DNA of 64,000 nt from Candidatus Poribacteria bacterium (GTDB taxonomy: Bacteria; Poribacteria; WGA-4E; PCPOR2b). Positions 1 through 10,150 of the stretch are shown here, one piece after another (the stretch's first letter is position 1; every line of letters begins with the position of its first letter). The position numbers were made by a program, and so were the translations under genes. Location of the stretch: contig OZ241983.1 of the NCBI GenBank assembly GCA_965204355.1, positions 291,913 through 355,912 on the forward strand, written 5' to 3'. The notes under the pieces were generated by a model that did not search any database, was not told where the DNA came from, and worked only from the letters and a program-made list of their open reading frames with translations.

Positions 1-24
1 GTTGAAGATCAACCCTAAAGTATA

Positions 25-576
25 TTATACATTTTGCTCTTCAAAGTTGAAGGTTTCGCGTTCACCACGACCACGCAGTGGGTAATCCTTACAAAGCGGG
101 TGTCCTTCATAATCATCGGGCATCAGGATTCGGCGGAGGTCTGGATGATTCTCAAAGGTGATTCCGAACATGTCGTATGTTTCCCGTTCCAGCCAATTTG
201 CTACCTTCCAGATAGCCGCCATTGATGGGATGCTAAGTTCTTTTTCATGGACTGGAACTTTAACACGAAGACGTTCTTTCTTTTCTGTCGACAGCAGATG
301 ATAAACCACCATGAACCGCGCATAGTGGTATTTCATCAGGACATCTTCCATCAAGGAATAATCAACCGCTGTGACATCAGCAAGAAAGTTGTATGCGAGT
401 TCTGAATCACTTTTCAAGAACCCCATTAACTCATAGATGACATCTTTACGCACTGTGATTGTCAGTTCGCCCTGTGCATCGGAGACATCAAGAATTGCAT
501 CAGCGTATTGTTCTTGAACTTTCTGAATCACAAGCGGTTGTTGCGCTTCAGTGGTTGCCTCGTGCTCTTCGCTCAT
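25..576 (-). CDS. nuoC: NADH-quinone oxidoreductase subunit C
   Basis: Motifs ANWLERETYDMFGITFENHPDLRRILMP and GHPLCKDYPL; follows nuoA-nuoB. Confidence 0.95.
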   Translation of the reverse strand: MSEEHEATTEAQQPLVIQKVQEQYADAILDVSDAQGELTITVRKDVIYELMGFLKSDSELAYNFLADVTAVDYSLMEDVLMKYHYARFMVVYHLLSTEKKERLRVKVPVHEKELSIPSMAAIWKVANWLERETYDMFGITFENHPDLRRILMPDDYEGHPLCKDYPLRGRGERETFNFEEQNV

Positions 577-617
577 TGGGTTTAGTCCTCTGGGTCGGGT
601 GTCGAGTGCGGCTCCTA

Positions 618-1118
618 CTAGCTAGCGATTGCTCCGCGCTGCCTTTTGGGGGAGACACTCTCTTGCTCCACGATGCGTTGGATTTGGATTACGGCATCGA
701 TGAGGTCTTCAGGGCGCGGTGGGCATCCAGGGATATAAATGTCGACAGGGATGAATCCATCTACGCCTTGTACTAAGGTATAGGTATCAAAAACGCCGCC
801 TGTCGAGGCGCATGCTCCCATTGAGATGACCCATTTCGGGTCAGGCATCTGGTCATAAATTTTCTTTAGGACCGGCATCATTTTAAGCGAGACACGCCCC
901 GACACAATTAGCAGGTCGGATTGGCGTGGTGAGAATCGAATTGCTTCTGCGCCAAAGCGTGAGAGATCGAACTTTGATGCTAGGGTTGCCATCATTTCAA
1001 TGGCACAACAGGCAGTGCCGAATGGCATTGGCCAGAGGGAGTTTTTTCGACCCCAGTTTACAAATTTATCAACGGTAGTGGTAAGTATACTATCTCCAAG
1101 TTGACTTTCTAATCCCAC
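618..1118 (-). CDS. nuoB: NADH-quinone oxidoreductase subunit B
   Basis: Motifs [27 protein letters not shown] and IPGCPPRP; likely GTG start at 1118 overlapping the nuoA stop. Confidence 0.95.
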   Translation of the reverse strand: MGLESQLGDSILTTTVDKFVNWGRKNSLWPMPFGTACCAIEMMATLASKFDLSRFGAEAIRFSPRQSDLLIVSGRVSLKMMPVLKKIYDQMPDPKWVISMGACASTGGVFDTYTLVQGVDGFIPVDIYIPGCPPRPEDLIDAVIQIQRIVEQESVSPKRQRGAIAS

Positions 1119-1477
1119 GATAGACCGCCTTTCTTCCAAGCGTAAATATAACCTAAAAAGAGAATACCGATAAAGACCAGCATTTCGACGAGGATGAAAT
1201 AGCCGCTATTCTCTGTGAATTTCTTAAAGACAATTGCCCATGGATAGAGGAAAACGACCTCAATATCGAAGATGATAAAAAGCATCGCGATGAGGCCAAA
1301 GCGGATAGAAATCCTTTGCCGGGTGTCTCCGACCGGTTGAACACCAGATTCGTACACGGAGAGCTTGGCTTGCGTTGATTTCTTTGGTCCGACCAGGTGG
1401 GTCAGGGCGAGGTTTACTGCCGCAAAACCGATGGCAAAAACGAGTAACAACAGTATGGGTAAATAATCGGTCAACAT
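1109..1477 (-). CDS. nuoA: NADH-quinone oxidoreductase subunit A
   Basis: Motifs [19 protein letters not shown] and [10 protein letters not shown]; three hydrophobic segments. Confidence 0.95.
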   Translation of the reverse strand: MLTDYLPILLLLVFAIGFAAVNLALTHLVGPKKSTQAKLSVYESGVQPVGDTRQRISIRFGLIAMLFIIFDIEVVFLYPWAIVFKKFTENSGYFILVEMLVFIGILFLGYIYAWKKGGLSWD

Positions 1478-1622
1478 TTTTTAAGCTGCGTAGTGTTTTT
1501 AGCCGAAAATAGGGTTATTGAATGTGGGTTGTGAAATGTTTCACATACTCAAACCAAAAAAGAATGGGCTCATTTTCAGCCCACTTTGCTTTATCCGGCA
1601 GGTTCTAATTTTCCAAAGGGGT

Positions 1623-1651
1623 ATTATTTCATATTTTGAGAAAAGTGTCAA
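1623..1651 (-). promoter_or_regulatory. sigma70-type promoter of the nuo operon
   Basis: Minus strand TTGACA-N17-AATAAT upstream of nuoA. Confidence 0.6.
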
Positions 1652-1682
1652 GTTTTTTTTCGGGGAAAATGAATATTCTTGG

Positions 1683-2090
1683 TTAATCATCCAATATAAG
1701 CATCGGACGGTTATACCGTGCTCGAATCCGATTTATCATAGATAGCACGCGTGGACGCGTAATAATCTTGCGTTCTACCCTTCGCTTACCGGGGAAATCG
1801 CAAAGGATAACGCCGACAAGCAGGTTCAGAATACCTGGTCCCGGCGTAAATAACATAATAAATCCAGCAATCAAAAAGACTGTACCGCACACATTTTTCA
1901 GGACACGCAGCAATAGACGTAAAACGGGGTTCTTTATACGGCTCACCTGTTTCTTCCGAATGAAATAGTCCGACGGCAACGAAATGAGCAGCATCGAAAT
2001 ACTCACAAAAGTCGTAAGAGTCGTAACGATGATGATTATGGGTAGAATTAGGAAAAACAACACCCAGTGAGCTTTAATAAATTCGATCAC
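1683..2090 (-). CDS. PGPGW-type membrane protein
   Basis: GFIMLFTPGPGILNLLVGVILCDFPGKRR; start estimated at GTG 2090. Confidence 0.75.
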   Translation of the reverse strand: MIEFIKAHWVLFFLILPIIIIVTTLTTFVSISMLLISLPSDYFIRKKQVSRIKNPVLRLLLRVLKNVCGTVFLIAGFIMLFTPGPGILNLLVGVILCDFPGKRRVERKIITRPRVLSMINRIRARYNRPMLILDD

Positions 2091-2142
2091 AGATAATGCT
2101 TCTTCTTTCCTTCTGAGTTTTCGCCCGTCACCTAGCCGCCGC

Positions 2143-2919
2143 TCATCGACGGGCGACCGCACCGCCATCGATTGTCATGATATCACCACTTATATAAGCT
2201 GCCTCATCGGAGGCGAGGAATAGCACTGCCCCGATATAGTCCCATACTGTTGCACGCCGATCCAGCGGCGGTGCATCGACTGGAGCGGGAAGGAGATCTG
2301 GCAAAGAATCATCCTGCTGTGGCAGATTCTGTGGGGAATTGATCCCTGTGGGTGCACCGCCGCCGGGGGCAATTGCATTGACGGTGATCCCATAGGGTCG
2401 CAGTTCAAGGGCGAGGCTACGGGTTAGTCGATTCAACGCTGCTTTGCTAACGCAGTAACTGAGGACGCCTTCGTGTGATTCTTCCGCGTAGATCGACGAG
2501 TTATTGATAATGCGCCCACGGATCCCCTGATCGCGCATTACCTTTGCCGCTGCCTGAGCACACAACAGACACCCTTTAACGTTGACAGCCATGACGCGAT
2601 CAAAAGTTTCAGCGGTTAATTCAAACAGCTGACTTCTACCAAGGATGCCCGCGTTATTGAACAGAATGTCCAATCGCCCAAATGTTTCAACGGTGGTGTC
2701 GACAGCCGCTTGCACCTGTTCAGGGACGGTCACATCCAACGGTATAGCGATAGCCCGGCCGCCTTCGTTTTGCACCTCAGCGGCGACCGCATCTGCGTTC
2801 CGTCCACCTGCAACGACAACGGCGGCACCTTCGCGTGCAAATGCCAGACATGATGCCCTGCCAATCCCAAGCGGACCGCCGCCGCCTGTTACAAAAGCGA
2901 CCCGATTTTCAAAGCGCAT
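2143..2919 (-). CDS. Short-chain dehydrogenase/reductase (SDR)
   Basis: TGGGGPLGIG, NNAG, YCVSK (YxxxK) and VNAIAPG. Confidence 0.92.
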   Translation of the reverse strand: MRFENRVAFVTGGGGPLGIGRASCLAFAREGAAVVVAGGRNADAVAAEVQNEGGRAIAIPLDVTVPEQVQAAVDTTVETFGRLDILFNNAGILGRSQLFELTAETFDRVMAVNVKGCLLCAQAAAKVMRDQGIRGRIINNSSIYAEESHEGVLSYCVSKAALNRLTRSLALELRPYGITVNAIAPGGGAPTGINSPQNLPQQDDSLPDLLPAPVDAPPLDRRATVWDYIGAVLFLASDEAAYISGDIMTIDGGAVARR

Positions 2920-3003
2920 CTTTCCCTCCATTTTTTGTCACCAGACCATCGTTATGATACCACGTATGACAGTCTGCGTGCAATCAAAAATGGTGGTAAT
3001 TCG

Positions 3004-3032
3004 TTGACGTTTCGGAAGTAGTATGATAGGAT
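3004..3032 (+). promoter_or_regulatory. sigma70-type promoter
   Basis: TTGACG-N17-TAGGAT upstream of the TPP enzyme gene. Confidence 0.55.
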
Positions 3033-3058
3033 AAGAAAAAAGGATGAAGGGAAGGAGA

Positions 3059-4696
3059 TTGACAGCGTTGAAAGCATTCGCGGAAGTATTCATCCAGATG
3101 TTGGATGATTTCGGTATCCGATACATTTTTGGCATCCCAAGCGGTCCTTGGACACCGTTTATGGAGGCGATGCGTCGGAGCAATGTGGAGTTTGTGTTGG
3201 TTAGCAATGAGGCGTCTGCGGGATTTATGGCTGATGTTTGTGCACGACTGACAGGTAAGCCGGGGGTCTGCTACGGTACTTTCGGTCCCGGTGCTACGAA
3301 TCTGAGTACAGGAATCGCAAACGCGCTGTTGGACCGCTCTCCGGTGCTCGCCTTGACATCACAGGTCCCAACCGCGATGCGGACGCGGGTGACTCAGATG
3401 AAAATAGATCATCAGGCGCTGTTTGAACCGCTCTCGAAGTGGACTGCGGAGCTTTCTGTGGATAATCTGTCCGAAACGGTAGTCAAAGCCGTTGATATTG
3501 CCTGTCAGGAGGTTCCGGGGCCTGTCCATCTTGGCATCCCGTCGGAACTTGGAGAGATGCCTGTTCCAGATTATGAGAGCGTTGTCAGCGATACAACCGG
3601 TCATCGACGCCAAGCCGTTACGCCTACTACTGAATCAATACAGCAGGTAGAGCAGTTGATGAGATCAGCGAGAAAACCGATTCTCGCGTTGGGTTTGAGT
3701 GTGACGCGTGTTGAAGCCGCAACAATCGTGAATCAATTTGTGGAGAAGCAGGGTATCCCTGTCATCCTCACACCGATGGCGAAGGGGCTGATCTCTGAGG
3801 AAAGCCCGTACTACGCAGGTGTCCTGTTCCACGCGCTCTCGGATCAGGTAGCGCAGACACATAGTGAAGCTGATTTGGTCATTGCTATTGGTTATGATGT
3901 TGTGGAATTCAATTACGAGGAGTGGCTGCCAGACGCCCCGATTGTCCATATTGACACTGTTCCTGCTGATATTGATCCCAGTTACGAAGTCTACGAAGTC
4001 ATCGGTGATATCCGCCAAACGCTTGAGGCGATGCTGCGTTTCCCAAAATTTGACTACGACTGGTGCCCTGAGGAACTCCAGAAGCGAAAAGATAAGTTGT
4101 TCGCCGACCTCTCACCCGATACCCCAAATTTCTCGCCGCACCATGCCTTGAACATCTTGCGGGAGGTACTCCCTGATGACGGGATTATGACGTGCGATGT
4201 TGGGGCACACACCCACCTCATCGGGCAGCTGTGGAAGACATATCGTTGGGGCAATCAGATCATGACAAATGGAGGATCGTCAATGGGGTTTGGGATTCCG
4301 GCGGCGATTGCCGCCAAGCTGTGCTGTCCGGATCGGCAGGTTGCCTGTGTGACCGGCGATGGCGGGTTTTTGATGATGGCAGGCGAGATGGCAACCGCTA
4401 TCAATTTAGGGACTCCCGTCGTTTTTGTGGTGTTGACAGATCAGAATCTCCAGTTGATCAAGATTAAGCAGGAACGGAAAGGATTCCCTCAATACGGCAC
4501 GCGCCTTTTCGGAGATGCCTATAACCCCGCCCACACCTATTTTGGTGTCCCGGTCCTTGTTGCAGAGGATGAAGAGACGTATCGGGCCGCGTTGATTAAA
4601 GCGTTCGGGATGAACGCACCTGTGATTGTGGAAGCGTTTGTTGATCCAACGGAATACGATGATTTGATCCTCAAACCGCATCGAGTGGAAAAATAA
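3059..4696 (+). CDS. Thiamine pyrophosphate-binding enzyme, acetolactate synthase large-subunit family
   Basis: FGIPS, NEASAGFMA, GPGATN, SMGFGIPAAIAA and GDGGF TPP motif; TTG start after AAGGAG. Confidence 0.88.
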   Translation: MTALKAFAEVFIQMLDDFGIRYIFGIPSGPWTPFMEAMRRSNVEFVLVSNEASAGFMADVCARLTGKPGVCYGTFGPGATNLSTGIANALLDRSPVLALTSQVPTAMRTRVTQMKIDHQALFEPLSKWTAELSVDNLSETVVKAVDIACQEVPGPVHLGIPSELGEMPVPDYESVVSDTTGHRRQAVTPTTESIQQVEQLMRSARKPILALGLSVTRVEAATIVNQFVEKQGIPVILTPMAKGLISEESPYYAGVLFHALSDQVAQTHSEADLVIAIGYDVVEFNYEEWLPDAPIVHIDTVPADIDPSYEVYEVIGDIRQTLEAMLRFPKFDYDWCPEELQKRKDKLFADLSPDTPNFSPHHALNILREVLPDDGIMTCDVGAHTHLIGQLWKTYRWGNQIMTNGGSSMGFGIPAAIAAKLCCPDRQVACVTGDGGFLMMAGEMATAINLGTPVVFVVLTDQNLQLIKIKQERKGFPQYGTRLFGDAYNPAHTYFGVPVLVAEDEETYRAALIKAFGMNAPVIVEAFVDPTEYDDLILKPHRVEK

Positions 4697-4747
4697 TACC
4701 TAACGAGTAATGCGTCAGATTGTCGCTATATCTGGAAAGGGATAACT

Positions 4748-4981
4748 ATGGTTGCGTTGGTCTTTGGGTTCGTTGTGGCAGTGATGATTGGGGCGGGTGT
4801 GCTCATTTCGAGGTTGGCAGAGATTGCTAAAACGGACAAGGGCAAGAAGACGTGGATCTGGGGGATTCTGATACTGATTGCGCTTATTGCGGTGCCGCTC
4901 GTTTTGTTGGGGGTCATCGTCAAGTTCGCGCAGTATTCATCGGTGGCGAGCGTTTTTAGCAATTTTGGCAACTCTGAATAA
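4748..4981 (+). CDS. Small two-TM membrane protein, hypothetical
   Basis: 77 aa with two hydrophobic stretches; SD-like AAGGGA. Confidence 0.55.
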   Translation: MVALVFGFVVAVMIGAGVLISRLAEIAKTDKGKKTWIWGILILIALIAVPLVLLGVIVKFAQYSSVASVFSNFGNSE

Positions 4982-4982
4982 T

Positions 4983-5148
4983 TAGGTTCTGTTGACATTT
5001 CATCGTAACCAGATAATAGGGAGGCACAAATCGGTTCACTGAAGTAGAATCCCCAGAAAAGAAACCGAGTTTTGAAGAAAAAACTCGGTTTCTGGCATCT
5101 TTTCCAGTGACTTGAGCGTTTGTTGCGACAGCAAAAGCAAAATGTCAA
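4983..5148. mobile_element. MITE-like remnant with internal hairpin
   Basis: Left end TAGGTTCTGTTGACATTT, partial inverted end AAATGTCAA (5140-5148), hairpin AGAAACCGAGTTTT..AAAACTCGGTTTCT (5060-5093). Confidence 0.5.
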
Positions 5149-5254
5149 ATGGTAAACGGCAGGAATTAGGAAGGGTAGACAGAATAAAGCCGAGCAAGAC
5201 GGTTGGTAGATTCCTATATCTTTGATAACATCCATTTTATCATTGCTGTTTTTT

Positions 5255-6682
5255 TTACTGATTCAATTTTGCCCGCAGCTCCGCCACTGTCCCTATCCCC
5301 TTCGCCGAATTACACGCCCCACACAACAGCCATAAGTTATCGAAGTGGTCAGTCCCTCCTTTACTGCGCGGAATCTTGTGATCGATGGTCAAATTCCGAA
5401 ATGGGAAGAAAATTCCACAGCCCCCACACAACCCCTCCTGTAATCCAAACAGCGTGTGCTTATGTGTCCGTGCTGGTGGTGTGTCACCCATATCGGTGCG
5501 CTTTGGGTAGTCATCTCTGTGGATGACCTCCGGGAATAAGCCTTGATCCGCTTTAATCCGTTCTACCACCAACTCCGCTGCTTTCGGTGAAATATCAATC
5601 CCTACCCATGACCGCTGCAACCGGTCCGCCGCTACCAGCGTCGTGGCGCACCCACAGAAGGGATCAAACACGACATCACCGGGGTTGCTGCTTGCCTTGA
5701 TGATACGCTCCAACAAGGCGATAGGCTTCTGTGTGGGATAGCCGGTGCGTTCCTTAGCATGTGCGCCAAGCTGATTGATGTCAACGATTATATCTTGCAG
5801 CAGCCGGCCCGGACTAGCGGTCAGATAGCGCTTAAGTCTTGGGATTGCCCCTCTATCGGGCCAATGGATTAGCCCAACCTTATCAAGGGCGTTTAGCCGA
5901 TCATGCACACTCGATATTTGTTTGTAGTTTGGGATGAAATGTGTTTCGATATATTCGGAATACGCGCCGGTAAGTGGTACAGACCAACATCGCCCGATGT
6001 CTGTGGGGTCAACGTTACGCCACGGTTGTCCAGACTCCCCTTGAGTAGTGCCGGGACCGGTAAGATCTCCAACACTATACCGTCCACGAGCATCCTTATA
6101 ACGGTAATTTTTCTCAACATAGTTTGGATCATGCGATTCATGTTCTGTATTCCACGTCGCGTCTTCTCCCTTGACATAATAAAGAAGAGTATCGTGGATG
6201 CGCCCGAATCTACTAGGGTCGTTGTGTGCTGATGTCCGCTTCCAAATCACCTCATTCCGAAAGTTATCCTTTCCAAACACCGTATCCATCACTAACTTCA
6301 GATAATGGCTCGCTGTCGAATCACAGTGGAGATAGATGCTGCCGGTATCTTTCAGGATGCGTTCCATTTCCAACAGGCGGGTAGACATCATAATCAGGTA
6401 GCTCTGCATCCCCTTTCCGTGTATTTCTCGCGCCGCTTGTATCATCGTGTGCAGGGGTGGGGATTGCTCGGCAAGTTCACCATGTTCGGCTTGGTCAACG
6501 TCGGAAAGTGTCCACGTGTCTTTGAAGGCGGCACCCGCAGCTTTGCTGCCGATGGGGGCGGCATAGTTGCGGTTAGAATTGAACGGCGGATCAAGGTAGA
6601 TGAGGTCTACACTATCGCTATTCATCCCCCGCATGATGTGAAGGTTATCCCCAATGAAAATTGTCTTGTCTTTCCAGTTCAT
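5255..6682 (-). CDS. Amino-(N4C/N6A) DNA methyltransferase (beta order) fused to a C-terminal HNH nuclease domain
   Basis: DLIYLDPPF, YPTQKP, DPFCGCATT; C-terminal CGGC...IDHKIPRSKGGTDHFDNLWLLCGACNSAKG. Confidence 0.9.
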   Translation of the reverse strand: MNWKDKTIFIGDNLHIMRGMNSDSVDLIYLDPPFNSNRNYAAPIGSKAAGAAFKDTWTLSDVDQAEHGELAEQSPPLHTMIQAAREIHGKGMQSYLIMMSTRLLEMERILKDTGSIYLHCDSTASHYLKLVMDTVFGKDNFRNEVIWKRTSAHNDPSRFGRIHDTLLYYVKGEDATWNTEHESHDPNYVEKNYRYKDARGRYSVGDLTGPGTTQGESGQPWRNVDPTDIGRCWSVPLTGAYSEYIETHFIPNYKQISSVHDRLNALDKVGLIHWPDRGAIPRLKRYLTASPGRLLQDIIVDINQLGAHAKERTGYPTQKPIALLERIIKASSNPGDVVFDPFCGCATTLVAADRLQRSWVGIDISPKAAELVVERIKADQGLFPEVIHRDDYPKRTDMGDTPPARTHKHTLFGLQEGLCGGCGIFFPFRNLTIDHKIPRSKGGTDHFDNLWLLCGACNSAKGIGTVAELRAKLNQ

Positions 6683-6715
6683 TCTTCCCCAGTAATGTTT
6701 GTGTTATGTGGGATT

Positions 6716-7174
6716 TTAGCACTTTTTGGTTATTATGGCTGCTATCATCGCTGCGATTATGGCACCCATGACTGAGCTTATTGTTATGATTGCTGTTTTA
6801 TAGGTGTCAAACCATGATTTTATCGCTTGTTTTCTTTTTACTTTCCTTATACACTTTTTGCATTTTTTTACGTTTGCTCTTTCAAGTATTGACATTTTGG
6901 ATTGGCCTTTGTGGTATGCGACTACATAGTGTATTCCCTCTTCTGTGCTTAGTTTTTTGGCTAAAGATTCGCCTCGGTCTTCGTTACCGTATTCTTGGAT
7001 GTCTACTATAGTGTGACCTTCAATTTCATAAACCTCAGTGTAACCGTCGATTCCAAAAGGCCTGAGATTGGTTCTGGTGAGTTTTTCTTCGAGGTCTGCG
7101 ACTGTGTATATCTTCAGCCCTTCTATATCGCCTACGTCGAGTTTCTTGCCTTTTATCACTTTTACTCTTAGCAT
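6716..7174 (-). CDS. Hypothetical protein with C-terminal membrane anchor
   Basis: 152-aa AT-rich ORF, SD AAGGGG, hydrophobic tail AIITISSVMGAIIAAMIAAII. Confidence 0.65.
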   Translation of the reverse strand: MLRVKVIKGKKLDVGDIEGLKIYTVADLEEKLTRTNLRPFGIDGYTEVYEIEGHTIVDIQEYGNEDRGESLAKKLSTEEGIHYVVAYHKGQSKMSILERANVKKCKKCIRKVKRKQAIKSWFDTYKTAIITISSVMGAIIAAMIAAIITKKC

Positions 7175-7397
7175 TTGTCAGTTCCCCTTTGATATAGTAA
7201 GGTTCCCTACTTATCCGAAAAGTGCAGAAATAACATCATAATCGCAATCCCAATGTAACCGGCCATACAAAATACCGCATAATTCACGGTAAGCAGGTAA
7301 AGCATGACCCAACCGACACAGCCTGCAAGTCCCACCCTCAGCGATACATAAATAATTTTTTCATTGCGCGTTCTTTCTGATAGTTTACTTTTCAGGG

Positions 7398-8408
7398 TTA
7401 CAATAGACGATAAGTACCACGTCTTACCCAGGAATAATAGCTATACTTGCCAGAATAATGATGATTTGACGGGTGATTGGGGCAATCCGCCATAAGCTGA
7501 GACCTCGCTGAATCTACGTTAAAGTCAGGATACTTCTTCAAGATGTGCGTGTAGACATCTTTGGGTGCAAAGTCCACGTTTGTATTTCCTTCTGTTAATT
7601 CCTGCACTGCTTCCAACACCACTTCCCTTACCGATTTACCCGACCTCTGCTCTTTAAGTGAGACAGTGTCTTCATCTCCACCCTTTGCTTCCGTATTGGT
7701 AAGCACTTCTTCCGAATGTTCAGATAGAAATTGTTTCGCGCTATCCTCAGTGGGTTCGTTCCCATTTGGGTATAACTCTTTGACCTTACTCACAAGCCGA
7801 TCTACGATTAAATTATCGGGCTCACTTAATAGCTGATTCCATGCCTCTGAATATATTTTTTTCTCGGCTTCACTCCGTTTGTTTTCGTATTCGTGAACAA
7901 CTTGTAACGCCCTCCCACCTTGGTTACTAAGAAATTCGATCACCATCTGCTCGGCAAACCCTTCATCAGTCCCATCTTCCCTGTTTAGGAAGCATTGAAT
8001 CAGGGGAAGAAATTGATCAAACGAATCGGGGTAAACTTGGAGTTGACCAAGCAACTGAAAAGCTACCTTGTTCCTTTCGTCTGGATTGTCTAATTTTGAC
8101 AGGAGGTAGGCGCAAAATTTATCGTTGAGCCGCTTTAACTGTTCGGCAGTTTGCTCATCAGATAGAATCGTTGTAAGATTGGTACTTTCTTCTTTCCCCC
8201 TCAAAGCCGTGTGGTGGTTTCCACAGAGTGTGATGCCATTGTCGGGTTCGATAGCAAAGTCAGGATATGTGTCTAATGGTCTAATGTGATGTATATGGAG
8301 GTTAAGCTTTACCCCGCAGACACGACAGGCATTTTCATCGCGCTGTTTGACCTGGCGTTTCCACTGTTGATATTCTGTTGATTTACGGATCTCTTGAGTA
8401 TTCTTCAT
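7398..8408 (-). CDS. HNH endonuclease with helical middle and putative C-terminal winged-helix-like domain
   Basis: WKRQVKQRDENACRVCG..HIHHIRP..DNGITLCGNHH; C-terminus ..CPNHPS.HHY..WVRRGTYRL. Confidence 0.8.
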   Translation of the reverse strand: MKNTQEIRKSTEYQQWKRQVKQRDENACRVCGVKLNLHIHHIRPLDTYPDFAIEPDNGITLCGNHHTALRGKEESTNLTTILSDEQTAEQLKRLNDKFCAYLLSKLDNPDERNKVAFQLLGQLQVYPDSFDQFLPLIQCFLNREDGTDEGFAEQMVIEFLSNQGGRALQVVHEYENKRSEAEKKIYSEAWNQLLSEPDNLIVDRLVSKVKELYPNGNEPTEDSAKQFLSEHSEEVLTNTEAKGGDEDTVSLKEQRSGKSVREVVLEAVQELTEGNTNVDFAPKDVYTHILKKYPDFNVDSARSQLMADCPNHPSNHHYSGKYSYYSWVRRGTYRLL

Positions 8409-8504
8409 AAAGACTCTCCATTTCGCAGGGGATAATAATCGTTACCCTCGACTTGCCTCTGGCTGGATAATTTTTTTAATTTCACGTAGGTTCGATGAGC
8501 CAAT

Positions 8505-8620
8505 CATCTCCGTTCGAGTTGTCCTGCTTGTCAAAGTTTGCACCAGTGTATTCTTTATCGCCTTGAATCAAGTAAACCAAACCGCGCAAGTGGTGAGCTA
8601 GGGAGTCGGTTGGCTTGTAT
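8505..8620 (-). pseudogene. Possible TPR-repeat gene remnant
   Basis: LAHHLRGLVYLIQGDKEYTGANFDK resembles one TPR unit; no convincing start. Confidence 0.3.
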
Positions 8621-8686
8621 TGTTTAGGCGTATTTGGAAATGGAACTGTGATATATAATCCAAATATTCTTGACTCAATAGTTCCC

Positions 8687-9954
8687 TCATTCGCCCATCT
8701 GCCGGATTGCTTCTTCATAAATCTCCCTGAGCGGGACACCATGTTGTTCCGCAAGCTGCTTGCAATCTTCATATTCGGGAACTGTTTTAATTAACTGTCC
8801 CTCCAAATATCCGCACTTCGCACGAACAGCTCCCCATCGCGTTTGGATATCAACAAAATCACGGGTGAGTTTTAATCGTTCAACGGTGTAGGATCTGACG
8901 CCAAACGTCGTGGTTTCTACAAGCAGCATTTCACTGAGGGTATTGCGGAGGGGAGGTGTACAAAGGACACTCAGCTTTGTCGCCGGACGACCTTTCTTCA
9001 TGAATATGGGGGTCATGAAGACATCAAGGGCACCTCGCTCGAAGAGTTGCTCCATCAGGTAGCCCGCGATCTCTGGCGACATATCGTCGAGGTTCGTTTC
9101 AATTACGCAGACGTGATCACCCTCGATAGTTTTTTTTTACCGACACATAGCCGTAGGAGGTTCGGTTGCTCTTCAAGGTTACGAGTGCCAGCGCCGTAGC
9201 CGATTTGGTCAATCGTCATCTCTGGCATTGTGCCGAATCCATCTGCGAGCGTCGTGATAATGGCTGCGCCGGTGGGGGTCACTAGCTCTTTTCGGATTTC
9301 GGTCTGTCGGACGGGGACACCACACAGTAGCTCCATTGTTCCCGGTGCAGGGACAGGCATGAGTCCGTGGGCGCACCGAACAAAGCCACCTCCGAGCGAT
9401 AGCGGAGAGGCGTGAATCTCATCAATTTCTAGAAGGTGTAGTCCAGCGACGGCACCAACGATGTCCACAATCGCATCAATACCGCTGACTTCGTGCAGGT
9501 GTACCTGATCTTTGGAGGTGTTGTGGACTTTCGCTTCCGCCGCTGCCAGTCGATCAAAGATCTGCTTTGCGTGATTAATGATTACTTCCTCAAGATCGCT
9601 ATTGTCCAGAATAGTGAAAATATCGGAGAGGTGGCGACTCGGTCCATGCGTGTGCGAGTGGTCATGATGCTCGTGATCGTGGTCATGACCATGATCGTGG
9701 GTGTGATGGTGGTCTGCCTCCGGGGAATCGTTGTGGTCGTGTGAATCTCCAGTCGGATCATCTGTTTCCACAACTGCCCGCGTGCCGCTGATGCTGTGTT
9801 TCGTGGTTCTCTCGAAACGGAGAGTAAATTCGTCAAGTTTCAACTTTGCCAACTCTGTGCTCAGTGCGTCAGGATCGACACCAACATTGACCAATGCACC
9901 AAGTACCATGTCTCCACTAATACCTGAAAAACAATCGAAATATGCGATCTTCAA
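8687..9954 (-). CDS. larC: Nickel pincer cofactor biosynthesis protein LarC, two frames joined by a -1 frameshift at A9 (9130-9138)
   Basis: MKIAYFDCFSGISGDM, His-rich linker, HLHEVSGIDAIVD, ELVTPTGAA; the -1 frame continues KTIEGDHVCVIETNLDDMSPE..MKKGRP..ETTTFGVR..PEYEDC. Confidence 0.92.
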
Positions 9955-10028
9955 TTTACTCTCCTTCTAGTTGACAAACTTGAATACAGTTTTGACGCAC
10001 TGACTCACGCAAAAAAGAGGGAGTTCGC

Positions 10029-10150
10029 TAGGGCTATTCAGTTTTAGGCTTATTACCCATTTTGCTTGAAAAATCGGAGTTGGAAAGTCGCTCATAGAGC
10101 GAAGTGTCGGGATTGGGAAATCCCTCCTACAGAAGAATTAAATGACCCTA
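10029..10150. mobile_element. 122-bp MITE with imperfect TIRs and a 9-bp target-site duplication
   Basis: TAGGGCTATTCAGTT...AATTAAATGACCCTA flanked by GGAGTTCGC at 10020-10028 and 10151-10159; contains a GTAG-type palindrome. Confidence 0.75.
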
